Shown piece after piece: positions 36,085 through 47,946 of a DNA stretch of 64,000 bases. The first letter of the stretch is position 1. Each line of letters begins with the position of its first letter. This stretch comes from Podarcis liolepis (taxonomy: Eukaryota), in assembly GCA_965112155.1 (NCBI GenBank), contig OZ218107.1; one strand, written 5' to 3'. The position numbers and the translations under genes are program-made. The notes beneath the pieces were generated by a model. It made no database searches and was not told the origin of the DNA. It saw only the letters and a list, made by a program, of their open reading frames with translations.

Positions 36085-38751
36085 TAGTCCAACAAAGACC
36101 TCCATTCTTCTTTAAAAAGTTCATCCTTTCGATCTCTTAATACTGCTGTCAGCTTCGCCATTTCCACATAGTCCATTACTCGTGCCTCTTAGTTTCTCAT
36201 ACTATATTTTATCGTTACCATACTCAGTTTGAAAAATTTCAAATGTAGCATCTCCCTGATATGCATGGAGATGTAGCGGCAGATCTTGCAGGAACTCATT
36301 TTCAGCATGTGCATTATCACCCCAGTCCAGCGAGAGAGTGTATGCATGGAAGCACACTTATACTTCCATATCCTAGCTAGATGTGAACAAAAAGTCCGCT
36401 GTACATGCTATTCTTGGTTTGATCCAACAGCGGCTGGGCTGTTTTAACAAGAGATTTATTTTCTGACGCTGTCAAATGACAGAAAATAGGTTAACTATGA
36501 ACTGGGAAAGGGGGGGCATCTTAAATGCTAGTAGTTAAGCAGCCATTAATAATTTGCTGTCCTGATGTACGAGCTAGGTGGATGTTATTTATCGTATTGC
36601 CCAAATAACCGCCTTCCCCCATGCTCACTCGTCCTTTGTGAAGTCCTGCCCCCTCCCTCCACCTTTGTCTCATCTGTGCAATACATTCTAGGCTGGGCTG
36701 ATGAGCTTTTGACTAATGCTTGAAGGACTGTCAGTCACCTCGATTCTGTTTGCTTCATTTCTCACTCAGGAGAAGCATTCCATTAGTAGGCTCCTAATAA
36801 ATCAACATGGTGGTGATATTGCTTTCAGAAAGGACACTACTATTTTTCATGGTTCTCAGTATCGTCTACACTGAACTGCAATGGGTCTCCAGGGTTTGGA
36901 GGAGCAGGTTTTCCCAGCTCTACCTGCAGGTGCCAAGGATTGTAACCCATTGGACTGCAAAGTCTATGTTCTTCCACAGATCAACAGCCCTCCTTCCACA
37001 GATCAACAGCAAAGTAGCGTTTATTAATAGGAACATTGCAAACATACAACATATTGCTAAACAGGCGCCAACTCTTACAGGTCACCAACTTATTGCTTGT
37101 GTGGAATAGTAGCAAAATGATCCCTTCTATTATCTTCCTAATAGTTTAGACGGGTCCCAAAGCATTAAATAATTGATGCAGTTCATATTCTGCTAATTCA
37201 TTAAATGTAGCATCCCTTATTCACTGGTCTCTTGCAGTTGCAAAGGTTCCAATGTAGGATTGATGTGCCCCCGGGACGCTGCATAAGGGCAAGATTATGA
37301 AGATGGATTTCAGCCAGGTTTTAATTAGAGGTTGTAAGCCCTTGCCTGTCCAATTCTGAATGATCTATGCCTATCCTCTGAGACCGGTGTTGGGCCAGGC
37401 AATTCTATCATCCCCTATTGTCCCCCCCAGTGAACCATTCGGTTTGGATCCTATGCTCTCAAGTTCAGCTCTCCAATCCTAAATTAGGGGTGCAACACCC
37501 GGTGCTGCCTCAATACAGCTACACGCTTCCATCACTGGGCTCCATTGAAAATGGCTTCTCCATGCGAACCAGGAAGTGACCTCTCCAGACAACGGAACAA
37601 CTTTCCCCCCTTATGTCTGTGGCTGAGTGACCTCTCCTGGGTGATGCAGATGCCGTTAGGCAGTTGAATGTGCATGCGTACTCCATCTGTTTCCCTCCCT
37701 CCCACCACCACCCTTCCAGGTGGCCCCGGGTACTGGCAATCCATACTACTCCACTGTCTTTCAGTATCTTTCAGCCCTTGAGTGAACAAGAGAGTTTTAA
37801 AATGCCACCTAATAATGAGGATGGCACACCTCCTCAGGCAAGGCATTGTATTTGCTACCTAAGGAGTCCCAGTCTTGTGTGGCAGAAGTCCACACAGGGA
37901 CACCTGTAAAAGTATTGCAATGACTAACCATGAGATTGCTGAAGGTGGAAACACTCCCATTTAGAAATTGTATGCCTTTTGCAACAGCTATCCTATCAAG
38001 CCACACCACGCCCTTGCTCATTTGCATGATTGGCTGAGCTTCCTGCTTATTGCATCAGCAGACCTTTTCAACCACGCCCCTCCTCTCAACCATTGGCTGC
38101 CTCCTTCATTCTAGCCACAGTGATGGTGCTGCCTGTGATCTCCTTTACCTTTGCTGGACTTTAGTGATCAGAAGGTGGAGATTCTGCCATCCCCGAGCCC
38201 TCGTAGCAGGAAGTCCCAGAGCCCTGCTCCCAGCCAGAGTTCTACCCCGAGGCCAGCTAAAGCGATGAAGAAACAGGGGATTCCTACCTGCAACCCCACC
38301 TGGCAAAGAAACAACAGCTGCCACAAAACCAGAGCTTTTATTGAACAGCATCACAGCTCAGGCAGGTTCTGGAAGAAGAAAAAAGGAAGAAGATATGAAC
38401 GGAGCTGCAAACCTTCCTGGTCTCCTATGCCTGAGTAGGTATTCACCTGTTACGCAACTGTCTAGCAAGATGCCCTCAAAGCTACAGTAGCTGGCTTAAG
38501 AAGGTTGGAGCAAAGGACCAGGAATCTGGCATCTGCTGGCTTTGCTGTAGACCTCACTAGGAGTCTGACTGAGAAAAGTCCTGCCTTCCAACCCAGCTGG
38601 AATGCTGCCTGTGGAAATCCAAGGAAGACAGGAGAAGTGTAATGGTCAACTGCTACAAATGCATAAGCTCTGGATCTGGAGCACCAGTAAACTCCCCCCC
38701 TCCCAGAATTAAGGGAGAGAGTATAGTCACTAATTGGACGCTTTCTCTATC

Positions 38752-38989
38752 CATAGCTGTCAACTTACAGATTTGAAAATAAGGGACCAGCAGCCTCAAA
38801 AATAAGGGATCAGCAGCCAAAATAAGGGATTTTCCAGGAACAGGTATGTTCAGCTTCTGGGCCCCTCTGAGCCAAAGGCAGAAAGCCCAGCCAGCAGCCA
38901 AACGAAGCCTCATCTATAAGGGACAGCAGCGGGACATGGCGCTGGGATAAGGGACTGTCCCACCAAATAAGGGACGCTTGACAGCTATG
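38752..38989. mobile_element. hAT-type MITE with repeated AATAAGGGA subterminal motifs
   Basis: TIRs CATAGCTGTCAA / TTGACAGCTATG; TSD TCTCTATC/TCTCTGTC. Confidence 0.85.
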
Positions 38990-40812
38990 TCTCTGTCTTG
39001 TATGGATTTGCCGCAGAATTCTGTGAAGCACCAGTCTGTTCTGCAGAGATATGTTTTGTGTATTTGTGGGTAGATTTTAAAGGAAAATCCACCAGTTTTT
39101 CACACATAAACACACACACACACACGTCTGAGGATTGTCTCTTTCTTTAACATTTTACAGCCTCTAATGCTTCCTCTGAATAGAGTAGAACAAAAATCGG
39201 CTATAAAATGTTCCGAGGAAGTGATGGTACAATCGTAAGGTGCAGTCCCTTCCTGGGAAAGTTGTACATGCTTCCTTGTATAATAGGGAAGGCATTTCTG
39301 CCTGTGCCCCCGCCCCCAGTACAATGTCCTTGTAAGGCTACTGTGGGTGGGGAGGGGGGAAAGGCTGCCCCCATAGGTACACAGGGACAGCCATCCTTTT
39401 CTCTGTACAATTCCCCGGAAAGACTTTAATGTCACGATGTACAGTTGCTTCCTGGGAGCATTTCAAAGTAGCTGTTTTACTGCACAGCCACGGAAGAAGT
39501 GTTATCTTTTCTAAGCCGGTGGGAAATGTTAAGGAAAGAAAAAGGCAGCCTTTGGATCATCTTGTAGCTACGGAATGAACCCATCCGCACATTGAATAAT
39601 CAGACATGGGGCTTAATCTGCAGATTTATGTTCCGATCTGTGCCTGGGTCTGAGGGGCCAAGCTCGGTAAGTTTGCTCCAAAATGTGGAGTGAATTAGAC
39701 TCCTTGTACACCATAGCAAAGACATAGTTTCCATTGCTCGCATGAGATTATGGATAAATGGCATGCATTTTTCAGCTATTTTAGTACTCTGATACACAGA
39801 CTCCGGCCTCCTTTTGCTTACCTGTGTGTGGTGCTTGTCCTTCCACCCCCAACTGAAGGAGTTGCTGTTTGTGTTCGGAGCCCTGAGGCCATGTACCTGT
39901 AGGAGTTCTGAGAAGAGAAGTGTTAGCAATGCCCTCTTTTTCTGTTCCGTTCATGCAAAAGTGTCCTTTCGCCATGTTGCCCACCACCAAGTTCCCCCTT
40001 GTGTGCACGCAACATGACTGATACAGCCTCATGCTGCCAGTCTTATCTTCTGACTCGCAGTCTCTTTAGCAGCAGGGCTGTCCCTACCATTAGGCAAAGT
40101 GAGGTGGCTGCCTCAGACAGCTGGTTCTGGTTGTCAGGAAATGGCAGCAAATTGTGTGTGGTTTGTTTTTGTTTTTAAAAAATATGGTTATAGTTTCACT
40201 CCCAGGGAAAGGCTGCTGTGGGATTTTATGTCTCAGATGCCAAAATACTTTGGCCAGCTGTGGAAAACATGCACCTTGATTTGGGCAGGAGGTGGTGCCC
40301 TTTGCTGTTCTGTCTTGGGCAGCAAAATGCCTTGGGCCAACCCTGTCTATCGGGGTGGCTATAGCACTGGTAATGAGCAATGATGAGATGCAGAGATAAG
40401 CCTCCTTCACCCATTGTAATTGCATGGGCCTCCCTTCCCGGTCCCACCCAGCAAAGCCTTAAAGTGCTTGGGAGCACAGATCAGGAACCTAAAAGGGAAG
40501 CAGGCGGAGGCTTGCAAAAGCCTTTGTGAGTCTCCCTTGCTCCCCCTTTATGATCAGACCACAAGGGATTTGGACAGGTGGACACCTGGAAATTTTGGCC
40601 TGCAAGGCAGAAGCTGATAAGGATCTGACGCATGGGACCAAAAGGTTTTCCCATCTCAGTTCTACTACAACAATATTGATGTACTGTAACAGTTAAGACT
40701 TTAGAGTTCTCAGAGTGCTTCCCAGCAAGCTTCTTGATTAACCTTTGACCGAGGCCTGACTTTTGATGGAGCTGTTGCCAAAAGGATCTCCACTGTTGGT
40801 TGAACCTTGCCT

Positions 40813-41305
40813 CATACCCTCCAACATTTCTCCAATGAAAACAGAGACGTCCTAAGGTAGTGATGGTGAACCTTTTAGAGACCGAGTGCCCAAACCGCAA
40901 CCCAAAACCCACTTATTGATCACAAAGTGCCAACACAGCAATTTAACCTGAATACTGACACAGTCGTCTGACTCAGTCGAGGGGCACAGAATGGAGCGGG
41001 AGCAGCTGGGCTGGGCAGAGGTGATGTGAGAAATGTCCTCAGGCGCACGTGGAGAGGGGGAGGGGAGCAGCCTGGCCCTGCATTCCTCTAGCTTTCTAGT
41101 AACGAACTCTGGCAAACTCTGTGCTGGGTCAATGGCGCGCGTGTCCACAGAGAGGGTTCTGAGTGCCCTCTCTGGCATACGTGCCATAGGTTCACCACCA
41201 CTGTCCTGAGGAAAAGCAGGGACATTCTGGGATTAAATCAGAAACCAGGACAGCTTCTCTAAGTCCGAGAATGTCCCTGGAAAATAGGGACACTTGGAGG
41301 GGATG
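40813..41305. mobile_element. MITE family B, split by a hAT insertion
   Basis: Ends CATACCCTCCAA...TTGGAGGGGATG. Confidence 0.7.
40858..41203. mobile_element. hAT non-autonomous element with CAGTGATGGCGAACCT-type TIR
   Basis: TIRs TAGTGATGGTGAACCT / AGGTTCACCACCACTG; TSD TCCTAAGG/TCCTGAGG. Confidence 0.85.
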
Positions 41306-41472
41306 TTGGCTTCTGGTGGCAGTGACAAACCGCCATCTTAAATTTCTCACAGTGCCTCCAGCAGTGTCTCTCTGGAGCATTGTAGGAAATCAAAATGGTG
41401 GTCCTGGTGCTAAGTCATGGTGATTAGGGTGGGGATTAAAATAGTAACTCATAAATTCAGATGCCTGAGCCA

Positions 41473-41781
41473 TAGGGTTGCCACATGTCAAAAAGTAAAA
41501 TTCCTGACACCTGCAAAGTTGTTGAGGTTTTTAAAAGAATTGTTGAGCTTTTTTTGGGGGGGGGGGACACAAACCCAAATTGTCCAGCTTCTTTGGGGAA
41601 AGAACCCCAAAATAGTGATTTTAAGCTTTTTGAGCGATTTTCACTGCTTTTTCCATCGTGTTGCTATACATCTGGGTTTTCAATTACATTTTGCCACTTT
41701 GTGCGAAATTATCCTCTGATGCCATTTTTACATCTGAAAACCAGGACATGTCAGGAATGTTCCCGATGTATGGCAAACCTA
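41473..41781. mobile_element. hAT-type MITE with TAGGGTTGCCA ends
   Basis: TIRs TAGGGTTGCCA / TGGCAAACCTA; TSD not clear. Confidence 0.55.
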
Positions 41782-44580
41782 CCTGCAGTTACCTGATGGT
41801 ACCAGGTTCTGGTGAGCGGCCTGTCTTTTTCCTTTAACAATTGGCAGATCCACACCATACCTTTTAAAGTACATTCAAAGCACAACCCCCCCCATCAAGA
41901 ATCCTGGGAATAGTAGTTTGTTAAGGGTTTTGGGAACCGTAGCTCTGTGAGGGGGAACTGGGAACCGTAGCTCCTAGATGGCTGTTACCTGAATGGCTGT
42001 TAGCTGCTTGAGGGAGGGTTACTCATGTCTTGCTCAAGTGCCCTTTATAACCTGTAGCTGACCCTGTTTATGGATTGCTGTTGCTGAAAAGGGGTTATGT
42101 CAAATAATAATAGAGTGCTTCTAGAACTAGTCGTTACAAAGGACATTTTCCAGCTTGTTGTTAATTTGCTGGATAAGGAATTATAATAAGATGCACTTAA
42201 AATGATTGTCTTTGGGAATGATAAATATAAACAATGCCTTGAAAACCATGTCCCCCAGGCTAGTTATTACTGTCATAATCTATTTCTCTTCAGAAGTGTG
42301 TATGTTTTAAAAAAATATTTTGCAGCTGCAGGGACTTAAAGCAAGATGTGTTCAACCCCAGCACAGCTGCAGCTTGAATATTTAAATATTCTATTTACCC
42401 AGTAGACATTCCCAGGTTACTTACACAGATATTTAAAATATAAACACTTTCAAATGGGAATAGGGGGAGGGAAACAATGAGTTTAGGAAGAGGCAATTCA
42501 AAACATGTGAGTTTCACTGCAGCATAGAATCTAGTAAAGACAAGAAAGAAAATAAATTATGAGCCTTATGAGGGTGGCTGATGCTTTGAAGGGGAGTGTC
42601 AAGTGCCCCTAACCCACAGGTTCGGCTGCAAGATCCAATTGCTGCCAGTCTATGTGAACTAGCTAGGATAAAGGTGAGCTATTTTCAATCAAAAACAGCA
42701 ACAATAGCTGTAACTCCCAAGCTTGAAATGGGAACATAGTAATATGCCTTATACCAACCCAGACTGGTCCATCCACGTTGATTGGCAGGAGAGAGTTGGG
42801 ACAAAGCATTTAGCTACATCCCTTAGCCATCACTCCCTGCTGCCGTTTCCTGTTTGTTCATCATTGTTGCAGCTAGGTAATTTTCAGCCCTGGACTTGGT
42901 GGATTTAATAGGTGTGCTAGTGTGCTTCAGATGGCCATGTGCATTACTTTGGATGTGAAACACACAATTAAAATTTCTCTCTCACATCACCACCCTGGTC
43001 AACCTCCACTTCAAGCAACAAACAGGGAAACGAAAAGCTGGGTGTCAACAGAAGCGGATTTAGAGTAGTGTGACTTCCCTATGCAGGGCTGCCTTCAGAT
43101 GTCTTCTAAAGGTTGTATAGTTACTTATCTCCTTGGCCCAGGGGTCGCATAACTCCTGACCCTCCAACATTGAAAATAGGGACATCCTAAGGACCATTGG
43201 GACATTACAGGATCAAATGAGAAACCGGGACGGCTTCTGTAAGTCCGGGACTGTCCCTGGAAAATAGGCACACTTGGAGGGTCTGACCTTATAGTACAGA
43301 TACCCCAGTGCAATTGTAAGAAGTGAAAAGTCATCTCCACTTATGCAAACCATCACTTTTCACATCTACAATCGCTGGTTTCTTCAGTGTAAGTAAACTG
43401 CATATTTGCTTAGACAGCTGCCATTAGAGCTTCAATAGCCTTTCAATCAAAGCCAAATTCTGGTGTCAGTTATTCAGTATCAGCAAAACTGATTTGTATC
43501 AGAGTTCCCCAAAGCATAATGGCGCGCTTTCAAATTTATACATGTATAGCCTGTAACACACAAATATATAAGAAGATTAGTATGTAGGTTAGATGCACTA
43601 GAAGTATCTCATGGTAGTAAATCATGATTTCATTGCAAGATGCTTCTTGGCAATAAATATACTTATATTTCTATACTGTTGTGCTGCAGGTAAATGGCTT
43701 CTGAAATCATTTGGGATTATAGGAAATATGTAAGAATCAAGCATTTCACTGTGACACAAAAAAAGAAGAAAGAAAAAGAAAAAAATACCAGAAAAATGTA
43801 ACAACATTGAAATATGTCCAAGCAATAATCAGTAGAAACAAACTCATACACCTAATCATAAATAACATACTTATCCCAATCCTTTAGGTAACTAATACAA
43901 CATTCTCCAGGTGTTTGGGACTACAACTCCTATCAGCCCCAGCCAGCATGGCCAATGGTGAAGGATGATGGGAGATGTAGTTCATGGCATCATAAGACCT
44001 CCATGTTGGCTATCCCTGTTTTAATTGATGAGCGTATTTCATGAAGTTTTGGTACTAGTTTATGCAAGCATATAATGAGTTGTTCCATTTACCTTGAATA
44101 TACCATATAGCCACTTAATTGCTCCCCCCTATACCTTGGAATCCATTTAAAACAATGAGTTGAGGAGAAAGCTTTCCATCTGCTATTATATTTGCGGTTA
44201 TCAAAGAGCAGATATCATAGCTGGAGATGAAAATCCATGAGCTAGTGTGGAAAGTGGATAGTTAAGGTCTCCTGGGACTGATGTAAATTGCTGGGCTGGG
44301 GGTGATGGGAAATGTAGTCCAAAACATATGGAAGGCACTAGGTATAAGGGGAAAGGATCTGAGCAACTCCAGCCCCCATTCAGGCACAATTACCGTCTGT
44401 CCCTGCCCCGCTCCAGATGTTCTACAGAATTCCATGAAACATGAGATACAATAATAATGTGCCCTACAATATTTTCTGTCTCAGGTGGTGCCAGAATAAC
44501 TTGACCAGCCATATGCACCTTGAATCCAGGCACTGGGTGGGACATTTGCTGCTCTGCTCCAGGTAGAAAACTACCTAGGA

Positions 44581-44925
44581 CATAGGCGCCGACTCCATGG
44601 GGCTTGAGGGGGCCCGAGCCCCCTCAAAAATTCGTTTGGGGGGGCTCTGCCCCCGCAATAATCTCCGGCGCCCCTCCAGCAGAGCGCCATCGCCACCCCT
44701 CCCCCAGCCCAAAATGCACAGGGTCGGGCTGCATGCCTCCTGCCCTCCCTCCCGAGCAAAAGCTCCACCCAATTTCCGCTCCGGAGCTGATTAATAGGCG
44801 CAGCACGCTCTCCCCTATTCGCTCACGAGGAGGCGGCGCCACTTTATTTGCATATTCATGAGCTTATTTATTATTCATGAGCTTTCCCGGGCCCCCCCAA
44901 TATTTTTTATAAGTCCGCGTCCCTG
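44581..44925. mobile_element. CpG-rich hAT-type MITE
   Basis: Perfect 8-bp TSD ACCTAGGA (44573-44580, 44926-44933); imperfect TIRs CATAGGCGCCGACT / AGTCCGCGTCCCTG. Confidence 0.85.
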
Positions 44926-45258
44926 ACCTAGGATGTAGGTGAGCCGGCTGAAATGCTTTTGTTAATTAGACTTTCATCTGGTTTTCTTTGCTTTGGACCA
45001 GGGGAAATCCGGGAAATATTAACTCTGTAGGGAAAATGCCCCTGCATCCCCAACACTGCCCCCCTGCAGATCCTGGCCGCCTCCTTGCCCCCTCCATTGC
45101 CCCCATGCTGCTGGCAGTTCTACAGAAGGCGCAAGGTTGCTGCAGTGGCAGCAGTGGTGCTATGGTGGAAGTGAGGAGTTGAGCCACATCTGCCACTTGA
45201 ATCTTGTTGCTTCGCCATGCCCCATGGAAGCACTGGCTTTGCTTTGACTGCCAAAAAG

Positions 45259-45527
45259 TGGTGGTGTAGGAAGGGGGGAGCGGTGGGTGCGGGCCGCCCT
45301 GGGTGTCATCACTGGGGGGGGGGGAGATGGACGCCTGAGCCACACATCTCTCCTGGGGAGTGATGCGGTGGCTCGGGTACCTGCAAGCCCCGCGCTGCCT
45401 GAAACAGCAACATGGGGCTTGCGGACTGTGGAGGTTACACAGAGTGTGCTCTGCCCCGGCTTGCCCTGCCCCCAGGTTCAGGGCATTTGTGCTGCCCCGG
45501 GCATCCGAGCAGCTGGCTACGCCACTG
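45259..45527. mobile_element. GC-rich hAT-type MITE
   Basis: Perfect 8-bp TSD CCAAAAAG; right TIR CTACGCCACTG with a degenerate left TIR. Confidence 0.75.
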
Positions 45528-47381
45528 CCAAAAAGACAGATTACTATCTTAATATACTGATGTATTTTTATGAATAGCCCTTTTCTATGAAAAAGACTTT
45601 TCTGGAGGGTTTTCTATAAGAGATAGAAAATGATTATAATATCTGTAGGATAGTGATTATACGAGCAACTCAGAACTATAAGATTCATACATATCATTAT
45701 CCATAACGCACCCCAAATCTAATATTTTCCTCTAGAAAGCCAATTAAACAGGCCCCGAAAGTTACAAAAAAGAACAAGAAAAATAATAAACTTGGTTGTA
45801 ATACTGAATAACACAGGGTGGTGACCCCAAAATGGGCATTTTCTGTTGTTGCCCCTGTGCTCTGGAATGTTCTTTTCTCTGCCACCCAGGAAGCAGCATC
45901 CGTCAGTTGCTTCAGATGTCTTGCAAAGATGTATCTTTCTTTGCCAGGCTTTCCTTAATCCATAAATCTGGACCTGTTTTACTGAATTTCTGTGTTTTCC
46001 TGTTTTTTACAGCAATACTTCACTAGTTATGTTTTTATGATACTGTTTTGCTGTATGAATGTTGTGCTTTTGTATGCTGCTTACAGATTTTTAAATAGCA
46101 AGGGATTTCGAAAGGCTTTTGAATAAAGAAAGAAAACCTCCATTAAAAACTTTGATGCATGCATATCTACAGCTATTTAAAAACACAATTACTCATATAT
46201 ATTTGCACAGATATCTGGAAAATACTGTTTTCATTTACTCAAATGCAGTAACAGCTGTGTGTGGGTTTAAAAAAACCAACAAAAACCACCAGAAGAACAT
46301 TTCTTGCCCCCCCCCTTTTATGAGATACCTAAACATTTATCAGCATCTTGAAACATCGTCTCTCTTTCGCGTGGTTCATTTAGTAGATGTTTCCTGGCGG
46401 TTTTTTCTTTTCATTTTATTTGATTTGGACTCATAATCCCTAAAGGGAAAAATGATTTTATAAGCAGAAGGGGTGCACATAGCCAATCCTGAAATGAAAT
46501 GAAGCGTATCAGAGGAATTTTGGGCTTCTCAGAGGTAAAACACAATCTGTATGAGGTGGCAGAGTCAAAGCCATAATCTCTGGGGTGCTTCATGGTGCCT
46601 CAGTGAACCAGATGTAAAACAAAACACCACAACAAAAATGCAGACAAAAGAGAAACCAAACATCTCTAAGATTATGATGTAAGAGAAATACCACAGTGGG
46701 GTGATAGAAGAAGGGAGATAGAAGACCAATGTGGGGGGAGGGAGTTTTGAGTGACAGGTCAAGTTTATAATCAGAGGGAATATTTTATCAGGAAAGCTAA
46801 TCCCTTTCAGTTATTCTCCCCACCTAATCAACTTCAAAGGTGCCTATCCTAAACATCTCTAGACTTATTTGTCTGCAATTTGGCAATTTTCTTACCCAGG
46901 AGCACCTCTCTATGCCTAAAAAAAAAATCAAGGAAGATTAGGTCATTCCTTTTCCCACCACCCCAAAACTCTAATGACTGCCTTTGCCAAAAAACCACAG
47001 CAGACACCCTTCTGAAATTTGGCAGGAGTCGTGCCCTCAAAGTTCAACGTGGCCTACAAATTCCACCCACTTCTGCAGCAAAAGAAAAAGGTCCCTTAAA
47101 AAAATATCAAACATTAAAGGTGCTGAGCACCAAATCTCTGATTTATTTGCCTGTAATTTAGCAGTCTCTGTCTACTCTGGAGGGGCCAATATGCCTATAA
47201 ATTTCATCTGCCTTTTGAAAAGAAGAAAATTATAGCCTTTTAACAAACATTCTTAACAGGGCAGTGAAAGAGAGGACATGAAGTCAACTTAGATGAACCC
47301 TGAGCTGAATCTGCCAGTTTCCAAAGTGCTTTGGGCCAAGGTGGACTGAATTGAGGTTCAAACCCAATCTTATAATCAATA

Positions 47382-47946
47382 GTAAAGGTAAAGGTAAAGG
47401 TAAAGGGACCCCTTATTATTAGGTCCAGTCGTGACCGACTCTGGGGTTGCGGCGCTCATCTCACTTTATTGGCTGAGGGAGCTGGCAAACAGATTCTGGG
47501 TCATGTGGCCAGCATGACTAAGCTGCTTCTGGCGAAACCAGAGCAGCACACAAAAATGCCTTTTACCTTCCCGCCAGTGTGGTACCTATTTATCTACTTG
47601 CACTTTGACGTGCTTTTGAACTGCTAGGTTGGCAGGAGCAGGGACAGAGCAACGGGCGCTCACCCTGTCGCGGGGATTCGAATATTATACCTTAGTGTAT
47701 TTCAAAAGTATATACTGAGTTATTTCCCTAACTCTTGAGATGTTTTCATTATGTGCTGCTATATTTTTGCATTGGGGGGATTTTATCTGTTATTGAAGCA
47801 TTTTTTTTAAAAAAAGTTTTGTTGTTTTAATATACACACATTTATATTGAATTATTAGCAGGGACAGAGCAACGGGCGCTCACCCTGTCGTGGGGATTCG
47901 AACCACCGACCTTCTGATCAGCAAGTCCTAGGCTGTGTGGTTTAAC
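47382..47946 (-). mobile_element. Sauria SINE containing a captured 174-bp segment (47683-47856) and a 46-bp internal duplication
   Basis: SINE tail and body present; 47637-47682 is repeated at 47857-47902 on either side of a copy of 29746-29920. Confidence 0.9.

Noticed and set aside
37206-37523. Solo LTR bounded by TGTAG...CTACA
   Set aside because: No TSD and no clear poly(A) signal; the termini could be chance matches.
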